This document shows, piece by piece, positions 30,871 through 41,224 of a stretch of DNA of 64,000 nt. The notes beneath the pieces were generated by a model. That model had not been told where the DNA came from and ran no database searches. It saw nothing but the letters and a program-made list of their open reading frames with translations. The DNA lies in contig CAWJSJ010000002.1 in assembly GCA_963845565.1 (NCBI GenBank), positions 480,001-544,000 on the forward strand. Direction: 5' to 3'. This DNA comes from an uncultured Methylomirabilota bacterium (GTDB lineage Bacteria > Methylomirabilota > Methylomirabilia > Methylomirabilales > 2-02-FULL-66-22). The translations under genes and the position numbers were made by a program. Position 1 is the first letter of the stretch; every line of letters begins with the position of its first letter.

Positions 30871-31812
30871 CTATGCCGTGACCCGCTTCAGGTAGGCCAC
30901 GGAGCGCTCGAATTCCGCCAGTTCATACGCCCGAAGCTCCGCAGCCGGCGCGCCCCGCTCGTGGGGGATACGATAGTCTTCACCGACAGGTCGAGCCCTC
31001 GGCAGGACGGCGCGAAGCGCCTCTAGGAGATCGGGCACCCGGCGCGGTGGGTAGTCGGTCCACCAATCCTCAGCGAGCAGCTCCACATGGCGGGCTTGGC
31101 GGGCGCCCAGCTCGATGCTCATCGGGAGATCCGGCTGGTCGGCAAAGAGATCGAACAGGGAAGGGAAATCGACAACGCCGTCGCCGATGGCGCAGGTGGA
31201 GAGCCGATAGCCGGTCGGCGACAGGAAGACGTGATAGTCCTTGAGGTGCACGTTCCGCACCATCGGCTTGACCCGGCGCGCGAATCCGAGCGGGCTTTCG
31301 CCCACGGCGAGCGCGCTGCCCGTGTCGAACGTGATGCCGATGTGGCGACCGCCCACCGCTTCGCAGAGCCAGAGCAGCTCGTCGGAGGCGATGTCCTGGT
31401 GATTCTCGACGGCGATCGTCACGTCGTGCGCCTCGGCCAGCGGCCGGACCGCCGTCAGGGCATCCCGGGCGCGCTCCAGGTGCGCGCGCCAGCCGCCATG
31501 CATCTCCCGGCGGTTCCCACCCAGGATACGGCTGACGATCACGCGGAGCACCGGCGCGCCGAGCGCGGCGGCCTGTGGGATCCAGCGGCGGAGCGCCGCC
31601 TCCTCGATCGGGCCCCCGTCCGCGACGATCCCCAGGCTGCGCTGGCAGGCGTGTGCCCGCGCTCGCCCGCACTCTTCGAGTGTGGCTGCCGGCAGGCTGT
31701 CCTCCGGCGGAAACTCGACGCCGCGAAGCCCCGAGGCCGCGGCCAGGTCCATCAGCGCGTAGGCGTCACCCCGGGCCTCCTTGAAGCTGTAGATCACCAG
31801 GCCAAGTCGCAT
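30871..31812 (-). CDS. Sugar phosphate isomerase/epimerase (xylose-isomerase-like TIM barrel)
   Basis: AVENHQD, ITFDTG, VHLKD, GDGVVDF, SIE motifs. Confidence 0.85.
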   Translation of the reverse strand: MRLGLVIYSFKEARGDAYALMDLAAASGLRGVEFPPEDSLPAATLEECGRARAHACQRSLGIVADGGPIEEAALRRWIPQAAALGAPVLRVIVSRILGGNRREMHGGWRAHLERARDALTAVRPLAEAHDVTIAVENHQDIASDELLWLCEAVGGRHIGITFDTGSALAVGESPLGFARRVKPMVRNVHLKDYHVFLSPTGYRLSTCAIGDGVVDFPSLFDLFADQPDLPMSIELGARQARHVELLAEDWWTDYPPRRVPDLLEALRAVLPRARPVGEDYRIPHERGAPAAELRAYELAEFERSVAYLKRVTA

Positions 31813-31874
31813 CTCCGCGTCTCCTTCGTGCGGCGTGCGGAGCCTCCCGGCGACTCCCGCACGTTCCGGACGTC

Positions 31875-32381
31875 TCAGGAGGTCTGCCCGCACAACTCAG
31901 ATACGGACATCAACTCGTACGGCTCGAAGGGCTGATGGATCCAGGGGCTCTCGGCCAGGAAGTGCACATGGTAATCGGGCGCACAGGTCGAGCAGGCCTT
32001 GTACCACAGCACTGCCGTGCGGATGTCTACGATGGTGGGATAGGTGTCGAGCAGGTGCTGCTTCACCACGTCCAGCGTGGCGCCCGAGTCCACCAGGTCG
32101 TCCACCAGGAGCACCCGGTCGCCGAGCGTGGGCGTAGTCATCGTCATGTGCTTGGCCACCGTGAGCCTCCCACGCTCCTTGCCGGCCTCGCCCCCATACG
32201 ACTGGGTGGAGATGACGGCCAGCGGCAGCTTGAAGATGCGCGACAGCGTGTCGCCGACGCGCAGGCCGCCGCGGGCGATGCAGACGATCTGGTTGAACGG
32301 CCAGCCCGACTGATGGACGGCGATTGCGAGGCGCTCGATCGCGTTGTGGTAGTCGGGCCAGGTGACGTAGAGGTCGGCCAT
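31875..32381 (-). CDS. Type I phosphoribosyltransferase (purine salvage, Gpt-like)
   Basis: IARGG and VLLVDDLVDSGAT PRPP motif; WIHQPFE. Confidence 0.88.
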   Translation of the reverse strand: MADLYVTWPDYHNAIERLAIAVHQSGWPFNQIVCIARGGLRVGDTLSRIFKLPLAVISTQSYGGEAGKERGRLTVAKHMTMTTPTLGDRVLLVDDLVDSGATLDVVKQHLLDTYPTIVDIRTAVLWYKACSTCAPDYHVHFLAESPWIHQPFEPYELMSVSELCGQTS

Positions 32382-32516
32382 GGCTGTCCATTCCTTGTCC
32401 GGGGACGATCCGTGGGGGTCCGGGATAGGGGGAAGGTATGCCATGCAGAGCGCCCACGTGTCAACCGGCGGAACCGGTCTGGAGCCGGGATGTGAGCCGG
32501 ACCGAACGACAGGCGG

Positions 32517-33974
32517 CTAGCCCGCGATCCCGGCCGCGGAGGCCCGGGCGAACTCCAGGATGGGGCCCGGGAAGATGCCGAGGAGCAGTGTTCCAGCCGC
32601 GGCGAGCAGCAGGGCGACCCGCAGCGTGGAGGAGGTGCTCAGGGCCAGGCCCTGCGGCGGCAGATCCCGCATGTACATCGCCACGACCACCCGCATGTAA
32701 AAGAAGAGGGAGATGGCGGAGTTGACGACGGCGATCAGGACCAACCAGATGTATCCCGCCTCGACCGCGGCGGCGAACAGGTAGAACTTGCCCACGAAAC
32801 CCGCCGTCGGCGGGATGCCCGTCAGCGAAAGCAGGAACAGCAACATGACGGCGGCGGACAGGGGGCTCTTCTGCGCCAGACCGGTGAAGTCGTCGATCTG
32901 ATCCCCGCGCACCGTCCCGCGCTGGAGCAGGATGACCATCCCGAAGGCGCCGATGGTCATCAGGGCGTACGTGAGGCTATAGAACAGGACCGCCGCGACG
33001 CCGAGCTGACTCCCCACCACCGGGCCGATCAGCAGGTACCCCATGTGGGCGATGGTGCTGTAGGCCAGCATGCGTTTCAGGTTGGCCTGGGCGATGGCCA
33101 CCAGATTCCCGATGGTCATGGTGAGCACCGCCAGGACCCAGAAGAGCAGGCTCCAGTCCACCTGCAGGGTGGGCATCGCCAGGAGGAAGACCCGCAGGAT
33201 GACGGCCATCCCCGCCAACTCTGCCGCGCCGGCCATGTAGGCCACCACCGGCGTGGGGGCGCCCTCGTACATGTCGGGCAGGTACATGTGGAAGGGAACG
33301 GCCGCGATCTTGAACCCGAACCCTGCCGCCAGAAGCACCATGGCCATGAGCAGCGCCGGGTTGCGGGGGCCGGCCATCGCCGCGGCCCTGGCAATCGTGT
33401 CCAGGCCGGTGCCACCCGCAAAGCCGTAGAGCAGGACCATGCCGTAGAGGAGGACGCCCGTCGAGAACGCGCCCATCAGGAGGTACTTGAGCGCCCCCTC
33501 GTTGCACCGCTGGTCTCTCTTGAGGAAGCCGCAGAGCGCGTACGTGCTGATGGACAGCGTCTCGAGCCCGACGAAGAGCGAGAGGAGGTCATACGCCGAG
33601 GCCATCAGCATGGCCCCCAGCGTGGCAAACAGCAGCAGGGCGTAGAACTCCCCTTCGGGGACCTGCTGGTCCTGCAGAAAGCGGACGGACAGCAGGATGA
33701 CGATCGCCGCGCTCACCAGGAAGACCAGCTTGAAGAAGGTCGCGTACATGTCGACCACGTGAAGCCCGCTGAAGACCACGGCCCGGGGTCCCGGGGCCTG
33801 TCGCAGCGCCAGCGCCGCGGCCACGGCGACCCCCACCAGGCTCACGCCTCCCAGCCAGCCCCGCTTCCCCGCCGGCACGGCGAAGTCCAGCGTCAAAACC
33901 AGGAGCCCCGCCACCGCGATGGCGACCTCGGGAAGAAGCTGGAGGAGGTCGGCGGGATTGAAGACCTGGGTCAT
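32517..33974 (-). CDS. nuoN: Complex I subunit N
   Basis: EGALKYLLMGA, FKIAAVPFHM..PD.YEGAP, NLKRMLAYS, GIPPTAGFVGK. Confidence 0.95.
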   Translation of the reverse strand: MTQVFNPADLLQLLPEVAIAVAGLLVLTLDFAVPAGKRGWLGGVSLVGVAVAAALALRQAPGPRAVVFSGLHVVDMYATFFKLVFLVSAAIVILLSVRFLQDQQVPEGEFYALLLFATLGAMLMASAYDLLSLFVGLETLSISTYALCGFLKRDQRCNEGALKYLLMGAFSTGVLLYGMVLLYGFAGGTGLDTIARAAAMAGPRNPALLMAMVLLAAGFGFKIAAVPFHMYLPDMYEGAPTPVVAYMAGAAELAGMAVILRVFLLAMPTLQVDWSLLFWVLAVLTMTIGNLVAIAQANLKRMLAYSTIAHMGYLLIGPVVGSQLGVAAVLFYSLTYALMTIGAFGMVILLQRGTVRGDQIDDFTGLAQKSPLSAAVMLLFLLSLTGIPPTAGFVGKFYLFAAAVEAGYIWLVLIAVVNSAISLFFYMRVVVAMYMRDLPPQGLALSTSSTLRVALLLAAAGTLLLGIFPGPILEFARASAAGIAG

Positions 33975-35681
33975 CGCCCGCCCTCACGGTCGTGCCATGC
34001 GGCAATGGGGCGATTCGGCAATTCGGCGATTAGGGTTCCGGAGCTGCCGAGTTGCCCAGTTGCCTGATTGCCCAGTCGCCCAGTGGCCGGATTGCCCACT
34101 TGCCCGGCCGCCGCCTTCTTCCCCTGCACCGCCTTGCCGGCCGCCCCCTTCTCCACCGTCTGGATCACGTTGGCAATCGAGACCTCCATCGCCCGGAGGA
34201 AGGGCGCCGGGTACAGGCCGATCCAGAAGCAGAGCGCGATGATGGGGACCAGCGTTGCGATCTCGCGGGCGTCGAGGTCCTTCAGTGTCTTGTTCTCCTC
34301 TTTGGTGATCTCGCCGAACATGGTGCGCTGATACAGCCACAGCATGTAGGCCGCCCCCAGCACGATGCCGGTCACCGCGAAGGCGCCCCACCACCAGCCG
34401 ACCTGGAACGCGCCGATGAGAATCAGGAACTCGCCGATGAAGCCGTTCAGCCCCGGCAGGCCCATGGAGGAGAACATGATGATGGCAAAGAGCGTGGCGT
34501 AGATGGGCATCTGCTTGGACAGGCCCCCGAGCTCCGCGATCTGGCGGGTGTGCCGCCGGTCGTAGATCAGACCCACGATCAGGAACAGCCCGCCGGTGGA
34601 GAGCCCGTGGTTGATCATCTGCAGGAGGCTTCCCTGGACGCCCTGGGCGTTGAAGGCAAACATCCCCAGCATGATGAAGCCCATGTGGCTCACCGAGCTG
34701 TAGGCGATCAGCCGCTTCATGTCGGGCTGGACCATGCACACCATCGCCCCGTAGATGATGGCGATGATGGACAAGACGAAGATCATCGGCACGAAGTGCT
34801 GGCTGGCCTCGGGGAACATGGGCAGGTTGAATCGCAGGAAGCCGTACGTCCCCATCTTCAGGAGGACGCCGGCCAGGATCACGGAGCCGGCCGTCGGGGC
34901 GTCGGTGTGGGCGTCCGGGAGCCAGGTGTGGAACGGGAACATCGGGACCTTGATGGCGAATGACAGGGCGAAGGAGAGCCAGACCAGGTCCTGGAAGCCC
35001 AGCGACACGCCCAGGAAGTCGAACACCGAACCGTTCGGATAGGCCACGCGCATCAGCGCCAGCACGTCGAAGGTGTACGTCCCGGTCTGCGCGCCGGCGT
35101 AGAAGTAGATCGCCAGGATCCCCAGCAGCATGACCACGCTGCCGAAGAGGGTATACAGGAAGAACTTGATGGCCGAGTACAGGCGGCGGTCGCTGCCCCA
35201 GACCCCGATCAGGAAGTACATGGGGACCAGCATGACCTCCCAGAACACGTAGAACAGGAAGAAGTCCAGCGCCAGGAACACGCCCAGCATCCCGGTCTCG
35301 AGGACCAGCATGAAGACGTAGTATTCCTTTGGCCCGGTGCTTGATGGACTCGAAGGAGCAGAGGATGGCGAGAGGGCTCAGGAACGTGGTCAGCATCACC
35401 AGCCACAGGCTGATCCCGTCCAGGCCGACGAAGTACGTCACGCCGAGGCTCGGGATCCAGCCGGCCCGCTCGACGAACTGCATCGCGGGGGTGGTCTGAT
35501 CGTACAGAAAGGGAACCGGCAGGGAGACGGCGAACGTGGCCACCGAGACGAGGAGCGCCAGGTTGCGCAGACTCCGGATCTGCTCCCGCCCCACCATGAG
35601 CAACAGGATCGCCCCCACCAGCGGCAGGAAGGTGATGAGGGACAGGATCGGAAAGCCGAGAACGTTCCCCTGCACGGTCAT
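33971..35681 (-). CDS. nuoM: Complex I subunit M; one frameshift near 35329, C-terminal tail made from a repeat
   Basis: GLDGISLWLV in one frame; FWEVMLVPM, KVPMFPFHTWLPDAH, DMKRLIAYSS in the next; one extra A in GCCAAAGGAATAC. Confidence 0.93.
34001..34106. repeat. Octamer-period inverted repeat (GGC[A/G]ATNN x4 / TGCCNNNT x8) within the nuoM 3' end
   Basis: ggcaatgg-ggcgattc-ggcaattc-ggcgatta ... tgccgagt-tgcccagt-tgcctgat-tgcccagt-cgcccagt-ggccggat-tgcccact. Confidence 0.75.
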
Positions 35682-35715
35682 AAGGCCGCTCCTTGCGCGG
35701 TGCTCGCGGCTCCGG

Positions 35716-37707
35716 CTAGAAGAAGAAGTACAAGGACACGATGACGAAAATCCCCATGGCCATGGCCAGGAGATAGTTTTGAAGCACGCCGGTCTGAATG
35801 CGACGGAAGGCCTGGCTTCCGCCTTGGATCAGGTCGGCGATGGCGTTGACCAGCCCATCCACGCCGCGGAAATCGAACTTCGCCGAGAGATGGCTCAGCG
35901 CCACGGTGAGCCAGCCCGTCCCGTTCACGGCCCCGTCCACCGCCTTGGCATCCACGGTCCACAGCCGGCCGCACAGTCGCTTCCCAAAATCCACGAAGAC
36001 GGCGTCATACAACTCGTCGATCTTGTATTTGTTGAGGAGGATGGCGTAGAGGCCCGAGAACCGGTCCGCCATCCGGGCGGGCGATGGATTGTCGCCCGTC
36101 TTGTACCAGGAGCGCGCCAGGCCCCAAATCGCCACGGCGGCGATGAGGGTGGCGACCGCCGCGAGCCCGACCGTGGTGCCGAGACTGATGGCGTGCACCT
36201 TGGTCCCGGCCGCCGCGAAGACCGGCTCCACGAAGCGGTGATACAGCCCGTGGTCGGGCGGGAAGCCGAAGACGGCCCCAACCAGCACGCTCCCGATGCC
36301 CAGGATCAGGAGGGGGTACGCCATCGCCGGTGGCGATTCATGGACGTGGTGGGCGACATGGTGGTCTACGTTGTCTTTCCCCTCGAACACGGTGTAGTAG
36401 AGGCGGAACATGTAAAATGCCGTCATGAAGGCGCCGGCCGACCCGAGCACCCATAGCAGGTAATGGTGGCCTGCGAACGCGGCGGCCAGAATTTCGTCCT
36501 TCGACCAGAAGCCGGCCAGCGGGATGATTCCGGCGTTGGCTAGGGAGGCCCAGTAGAAGGTCCGGCTCGTAATGGGGAGCTTGTTCTTGAGCTGACCCAT
36601 TTTTCGGATGTCCTGCTCCCCGCCGAGGGCGTGAATCACCGACCCCGATCCAAGAAAGAGCAGCGCCTTGAAGAACGCGTGCGTTGCCAGGTGGAAAATG
36701 GCGCTGGCGTAGGCCCCAACGCCGCACCCGAGGAACATGTACCCGAGCTGGGAGATGGTCGAGTAGGCCACCACCCGTTTGATATCGTTTTGGACCAGGG
36801 CGATGCTCGCCGCGAATACCGCGGTCACGGCCCCGATCACGGCCACCGTGGTCATGCTGAAGGGGGCCAAGTTGAAGAGGGCGCTGGAGCGGGCCACCAT
36901 GTACACGCCTGCCGTCACCATGGTGGCGGCGTGGATCAGGGCGGAGACCGGCGTGGGGCCTTCCATGGCGTCCGGCAGCCAGACGTAGAGGGGAAGCTGG
37001 GCGGACTTGCCGGCGGCCCCGATGAAGAGCAGAAGCGTCATCCAGGTCACCAGCGACAACCCGAAAACCGAGTCCCGCTCCAGGATCTCGCGGATCGCCT
37101 CGGCCTGGGGGAAGATCTCGGCGTACGCGACCGACCCGAAGGTCCGCCAGATCAGGAACAGGCCCAGCAGGAATCCGGCGTCCCCGATCCGGTTGACCAC
37201 GAACGCCTTCTTGCCCGCATCCGCCGCCGATTTCTTCTGGTACCAGAAGCCGATGAGCAGATACGAGCACAGGCCCACGCCTTCCCAGCCCAGGAACATC
37301 AGCAGGTAGTTGTTCGCCAGGACCAGAACCAGCATGGACGTCATGAACAGGTTCATGTAGGTGAAGAAGCGGGCATAGCCGGGGTCGCCGTGCATGTAGC
37401 CGATGGAATAGATGTGGATCAGGAGCCCCACGAAGGTGACGACGAGCATCATCACGGCCGACAGGGGATCCACCAGGAAGCCCACCGTCGCCTGGAACTC
37501 CCCGACCGGGATCCAGACATACACATCCCAGTTGAGCGTCGCTCCGCCGGCGGCCTGGAGGAAGATCCCGAAGGCGATCAGGAACGAGAGCCCCGTGGTG
37601 CCCACGCCCAGGAGGTGGGCGCGGTCCCGAGTCCACCGCCCGAAGATCCCATTGACCGCCACCCCCAAGAGGGGCAATGTTGGCACCAGCCAGACCAGAG
37701 ATAACAT
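35716..37707 (-). CDS. nuoL: Complex I subunit L
   Basis: GWEGVGLCSY, NRIGD, KSAQLPLYVWLPDAMEGPTPVSALIHAATMV, HAFFKALLFL. Confidence 0.96.
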   Translation of the reverse strand: MLSLVWLVPTLPLLGVAVNGIFGRWTRDRAHLLGVGTTGLSFLIAFGIFLQAAGGATLNWDVYVWIPVGEFQATVGFLVDPLSAVMMLVVTFVGLLIHIYSIGYMHGDPGYARFFTYMNLFMTSMLVLVLANNYLLMFLGWEGVGLCSYLLIGFWYQKKSAADAGKKAFVVNRIGDAGFLLGLFLIWRTFGSVAYAEIFPQAEAIREILERDSVFGLSLVTWMTLLLFIGAAGKSAQLPLYVWLPDAMEGPTPVSALIHAATMVTAGVYMVARSSALFNLAPFSMTTVAVIGAVTAVFAASIALVQNDIKRVVAYSTISQLGYMFLGCGVGAYASAIFHLATHAFFKALLFLGSGSVIHALGGEQDIRKMGQLKNKLPITSRTFYWASLANAGIIPLAGFWSKDEILAAAFAGHHYLLWVLGSAGAFMTAFYMFRLYYTVFEGKDNVDHHVAHHVHESPPAMAYPLLILGIGSVLVGAVFGFPPDHGLYHRFVEPVFAAAGTKVHAISLGTTVGLAAVATLIAAVAIWGLARSWYKTGDNPSPARMADRFSGLYAILLNKYKIDELYDAVFVDFGKRLCGRLWTVDAKAVDGAVNGTGWLTVALSHLSAKFDFRGVDGLVNAIADLIQGGSQAFRRIQTGVLQNYLLAMAMGIFVIVSLYFFF

Positions 37708-37792
37708 AGCTCTCAGCTTTCAGCGCTCAGCCGTCAGCATCGCGGCTCACGGCTCGTGGCTCGCCGGCTCCGCGGCTCTAGGCTCTCGACTC
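37708..37792. repeat. 7-bp-period tandem repeats (NNTCAGC x4, GGCTCNN x6-7) between nuoK and nuoL
   Basis: tctcagc-tttcagc-gctcagc-cgtcagc then ggctcac-ggctcgt-ggctcgc-c-ggctccg-c-ggctcta-ggctctc. Confidence 0.7.
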
Positions 37793-37797
37793 TTCAT

Positions 37798-38106
37798 CTA
37801 CCACTTCATCAGGTTGATCTCGTCCACGTTGACCGTCTTGAAGTTGCGATATAGGCCCAGAACGATGGCCAGCCCCACTGCCGCCTCGGCCGCCGCGATG
37901 GTGATGATGAAGATCGCGAACACCTGGCCCTGCAACAGCGTCTGGGGGAGATACCGGGCGAAGGCGATGAAGTTCAGGCTCACGGCATTCAGCATGAGCT
38001 CGATGGACATCAGGATGGCGATGGCGTTCCGCCGGGTCAGCGCCCCGAAGACCCCCAGACTGAAGAGGATCGCCCCCAAGATCAAAAAATGGTTGAGCGG
38101 GATCAT
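37798..38106 (-). CDS. nuoK: Complex I subunit K
   Basis: [25 protein letters not shown]. Confidence 0.96.
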   Translation of the reverse strand: MIPLNHFLILGAILFSLGVFGALTRRNAIAILMSIELMLNAVSLNFIAFARYLPQTLLQGQVFAIFIITIAAAEAAVGLAIVLGLYRNFKTVNVDEINLMKW

Positions 38107-38187
38107 GGCGCCCTCACGGATCCGCGCGGCTCGGCCTTCTCGGCTTCCCTGTCGCGCTCCTGTCCCTTGCCCTGTCGCGTCGCCCCA

Positions 38188-38679
38188 TCACTCTTTCCTC
38201 GCCAGAACGATCGCCCCCACCATGGCTGCCAGGAGGAGGATCGAGACCACCTCGAACGGCAGGGCGTAGGTGGTGAGCAGGGCGCGGCCCAGAAACGGCG
38301 TCGTTTCGGGGAGCCGCGGCGGCCCCGAAAGTGCCCCGATGCCCTGCGTGGCGGCGTAGATCAGGCCGACGAGCAGCCCGGCGGCCGCGACGGCGCTCAG
38401 GACCGCCTGGTCGTTGATCACCCGGGCCGTCGCGGACGAGATCCGACTGGTCAGCATGATGGCGAACAGGAGCAGGATCGTGATCCCGCCGACATAGATC
38501 AGCACCTGCACCGCCGCCAGGAATTCGGCGTCCAGCAGGACATAGAGCGCCGCCATCCCACAAAACGTGAAGATCAGCGCCACCGCCGCCCGGACGATGT
38601 TCTTGCCGAGCACCACCACGGCCGCCGCCCAGACGGTGAAGGCCGCCAGCAGGTAGAAGATGCCAAGCTTGAGTGTCAT
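38188..38679 (-). CDS. nuoJ: Complex I subunit J
   Basis: AEFLAAVQVLIYVGGI; LPFEVVSILLL. Confidence 0.95.
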   Translation of the reverse strand: MTLKLGIFYLLAAFTVWAAAVVVLGKNIVRAAVALIFTFCGMAALYVLLDAEFLAAVQVLIYVGGITILLLFAIMLTSRISSATARVINDQAVLSAVAAAGLLVGLIYAATQGIGALSGPPRLPETTPFLGRALLTTYALPFEVVSILLLAAMVGAIVLARKE

Positions 38680-38712
38680 CGCCGCCCCAGCCCTCTCATC
38701 GGCCTGCGCGCC

Positions 38713-38817
38713 TTAGGAGCCGTTACGAAATAACCTATACATCTCCTTCTATTTCGTTACGGCTCCTTATGCCGTTTCGGAATGTCTCCGCTCAACTAAT
38801 TCTTTGACAACGGCTTA
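38713..38817 (-). repeat. 105-bp composite TAA-bounded palindromic element in the nuoI slot
   Basis: Coding strand: TAA-GCCGTTGTCAAAGAAT...CGGCA-TAA-GGAGCCGTAACGAAAT-[19 nt]-ATTTCGTAACGGCTCC-TAA. Confidence 0.9.
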
Positions 38818-39900
38818 CTTCCAGAGCGCCAAGACCAGTCCCGTGACGATCAGGTTGGCGAACGCAATCGGGAGCAGGACTTTCCACGCGAAATCCATGA
38901 GCTGATCGACGCGCATCCGGTTGAGCGTCCAGCGCAGCCACATCATGACGAAGATCAGGAAGTAACACTTGACCTGGAACCAGACCAGCCCGAAGAGGCC
39001 GCGGGCGACCTCCGCGGGGAGCCCCGGTATCGGCAGCCACGGACCGCGCCAGCCGCCCAGGAAGATGGTGGTGGCGATGGCGGCCACGGCGAACATATTG
39101 GCGTACTCGGCAAGGAAAAAGATCGCAAACCGCATCCCGCTGTACTCGACGTGAAAGCCGGCCACCAGCTCCGACTCGGCCTCGGGGATGTCGAAGGGCA
39201 GCCGGTTACATTCGGCCAGCGCGCAGGTGAAGTAGACCAGGAACGCCACGACCTGGGGAAAGACGAACCAGCGCGGCAGGAAGCCGAACCAGGTCCCGCC
39301 CTGCGCTTCCACCAGTTGCCCCATGCTCATGGTGCCGGCCAGCATCACCGGCCCCAGCAGCGAGAGCACCAGGGGCACCTCGTAACTCACCGCCTGGGCG
39401 GCGGAGCGCATGGCGCCCAGCGTCGCGTATTTGTTGTTGGAGGACCAGCCCGCCATGATGATGCCGACGACCGTGAGCGACGAGATGGCCACCATATACA
39501 GGAGGCCGATGTTCAAGTCTTTGACGATCAGGCCGGGGGCCCAGGGGATCGTGACATACCCGGCCAGCGCAGCCGCGAAGACGACCATGGGGGCCAGCAC
39601 AAAGACCACCTTGTCCGCCCGCGCGGGGATGATGTCCTCCTTCAAGAGGAGCTTGATCCCGTCGGCGATGCTCTGCGCCCATCCGTGCCACCCCCCCACC
39701 CGCATGGGGCCGAAGCGCACCTGGATGTGTGCGCTGATCTTCCGCTCCCACCAGATCATGAACATGGAGGCGACGGAGATGTAGGCGATGATGACCCCCA
39801 CCACCACACCCATCACCACCAGCGTGGGGACGAGCCAGGGGAGCCCCCAGGCCGAGGTCACGGCGTACATCTGCTCGCAGAGTTCGGCAAACGTGATCAT
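38815..39900 (-). CDS. nuoH: Complex I subunit H
   Basis: ERKISAHIQVRFGPMR, ADGIKLLLKED, NRLPFDIPEAESELVAGF. Confidence 0.96.
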   Translation of the reverse strand: MITFAELCEQMYAVTSAWGLPWLVPTLVVMGVVVGVIIAYISVASMFMIWWERKISAHIQVRFGPMRVGGWHGWAQSIADGIKLLLKEDIIPARADKVVFVLAPMVVFAAALAGYVTIPWAPGLIVKDLNIGLLYMVAISSLTVVGIIMAGWSSNNKYATLGAMRSAAQAVSYEVPLVLSLLGPVMLAGTMSMGQLVEAQGGTWFGFLPRWFVFPQVVAFLVYFTCALAECNRLPFDIPEAESELVAGFHVEYSGMRFAIFFLAEYANMFAVAAIATTIFLGGWRGPWLPIPGLPAEVARGLFGLVWFQVKCYFLIFVMMWLRWTLNRMRVDQLMDFAWKVLLPIAFANLIVTGLVLALWK

Positions 39901-39945
39901 CGCGATTTCTGCCAATCCTGCGCCGGCCGGGGGGCGCCGCCCCGA

Positions 39946-41100
39946 TTACCGATCGATCTCGCCCAGCACGATGTCGATGCTGCCCAGGATCGCCACCGAA
40001 TCCGCCACCAGGCACCCCTTCATCATCACGGGCAGCGCGCTCAGGTTGCAGAAGGCCGGGGAGCGCACCTTGTACCGGTACGGCTTGGGTGTTCCATCGC
40101 TCACGAGGTAGAAGCCCAGCTCGCCCCGCGGGCTCTCCGTCCGAACGTACACCTGTCCCGCCGGCGGCTTGATCGTCTTGGGCATCTTGGCGGTGATCTC
40201 GCCCGAGGGAAGCTGGTCCAGCGCCTGCTCGATGATCTTGACGCTCTCCAGCATCTCCTGGCGGCGGACCAAGAATCGAGCCCAGACGTCACAGGTGTCG
40301 AAGACCGGGATGGCGAAGTCGAACCGGTCGTAGATCGAGTAGGGGTCGTTCCGGCGCAGGTCCCACTTGAGACCCGACGCCCGCAGCATCGGCCCCGACA
40401 GCCCCCAGTCGACGGCGCTCTTGGCGTCGATGACCCCGATACCCTGGATGCGCTTCTGGAACAGGATGTTGTCGGTGACCAGCGCATCGTACTCGGGAAT
40501 GCGCGGCTTGAACCACTCCAGGAAAGCCCGACAGTTGTCCAGCCATCCGTCCGGAAAGTCGAACGCCATGCCGCCGATGCGGTAGAAGCTGTAGTTCAGC
40601 CGCTGCCCGCTCACCGCCTCGAAGAGATCCAGGATCATCTCCCGCTCGCGGAAGCAGTAGATGAAGATGGTGAAGTTCCCCAGGTCCAGGCCGAACGTCC
40701 CCAGCCACAGGAGGTGGCTGGCGATGCGCTGCAGCTCGGCCAGGATCACCCGCATGTGCTCCGCCCGTGCCGGGACCTGCTGGCCCATGAGCCGCTCGAC
40801 GGTCAGGACGTAGCCGAAGTTCATGGACATGGAGGCCAGGTAGTCAAGCCGGTCGGTGTAGGGGACGACCTGGGGGTAGGTGCGGTTTTCCGCGATCTTC
40901 TCGTGGCAGCGATGCAGGTACCCGACGTATGGGATGCAGTCGGTGATCACCTCGCCGTCCAGCTTCAGCAAGAGGCGCAGCACGCCGTGGGTGGACGGGT
41001 GCTGGGGCCCCATGTTGACGTACATCTCCTCCATCGTCTCCCCGGTGTGCTCCATCATCACCGTGGTGCCGATGGGGGTCGGGAGGTTCGTGGTGTCCAT
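39946..41100 (-). CDS. nuoD: Complex I subunit D
   Basis: GPQHPSTHGVLR, GYLHR, DRLDY, ESPRGE, DIVLGEIDR; no NiFe CxxC motifs. Confidence 0.96.
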   Translation of the reverse strand: MDTTNLPTPIGTTVMMEHTGETMEEMYVNMGPQHPSTHGVLRLLLKLDGEVITDCIPYVGYLHRCHEKIAENRTYPQVVPYTDRLDYLASMSMNFGYVLTVERLMGQQVPARAEHMRVILAELQRIASHLLWLGTFGLDLGNFTIFIYCFREREMILDLFEAVSGQRLNYSFYRIGGMAFDFPDGWLDNCRAFLEWFKPRIPEYDALVTDNILFQKRIQGIGVIDAKSAVDWGLSGPMLRASGLKWDLRRNDPYSIYDRFDFAIPVFDTCDVWARFLVRRQEMLESVKIIEQALDQLPSGEITAKMPKTIKPPAGQVYVRTESPRGELGFYLVSDGTPKPYRYKVRSPAFCNLSALPVMMKGCLVADSVAILGSIDIVLGEIDR

Positions 41101-41161
41101 CAGGATGTCGCTTTCCGCCCCGCGAACCCGCCGCCGGGGCGCGCCCATCGCGTCTCGATCG

Positions 41162-41224
41162 CGTTACGGCTCCTTATGCCGTTCCCGGAATTTCTCCGGT
41201 CACGTTATTCTTTGACAGCGGCTT
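41162..41224 (-). repeat. Partial copy of the 105-bp element; supplies the nuoC C-terminus and stop
   Basis: AAGCCGCTGTCAAAGAATAAC...GGAGAAATTCCGGGAACGGCA-TAA-GGAGCCGTAACG. Confidence 0.85.

Noticed and set aside
35320..35335. nuoM frameshift as programmed frameshifting
   Set aside because: A single extra A in a short run with no slippery heptamer; sequencing error or recent mutation is more likely.
39946..41100. NuoD as a group 4 NiFe-hydrogenase large subunit partnering CODH
   Set aside because: No N- or C-terminal CxxC Ni ligands; ends in DIVLGEIDR as in NuoD.
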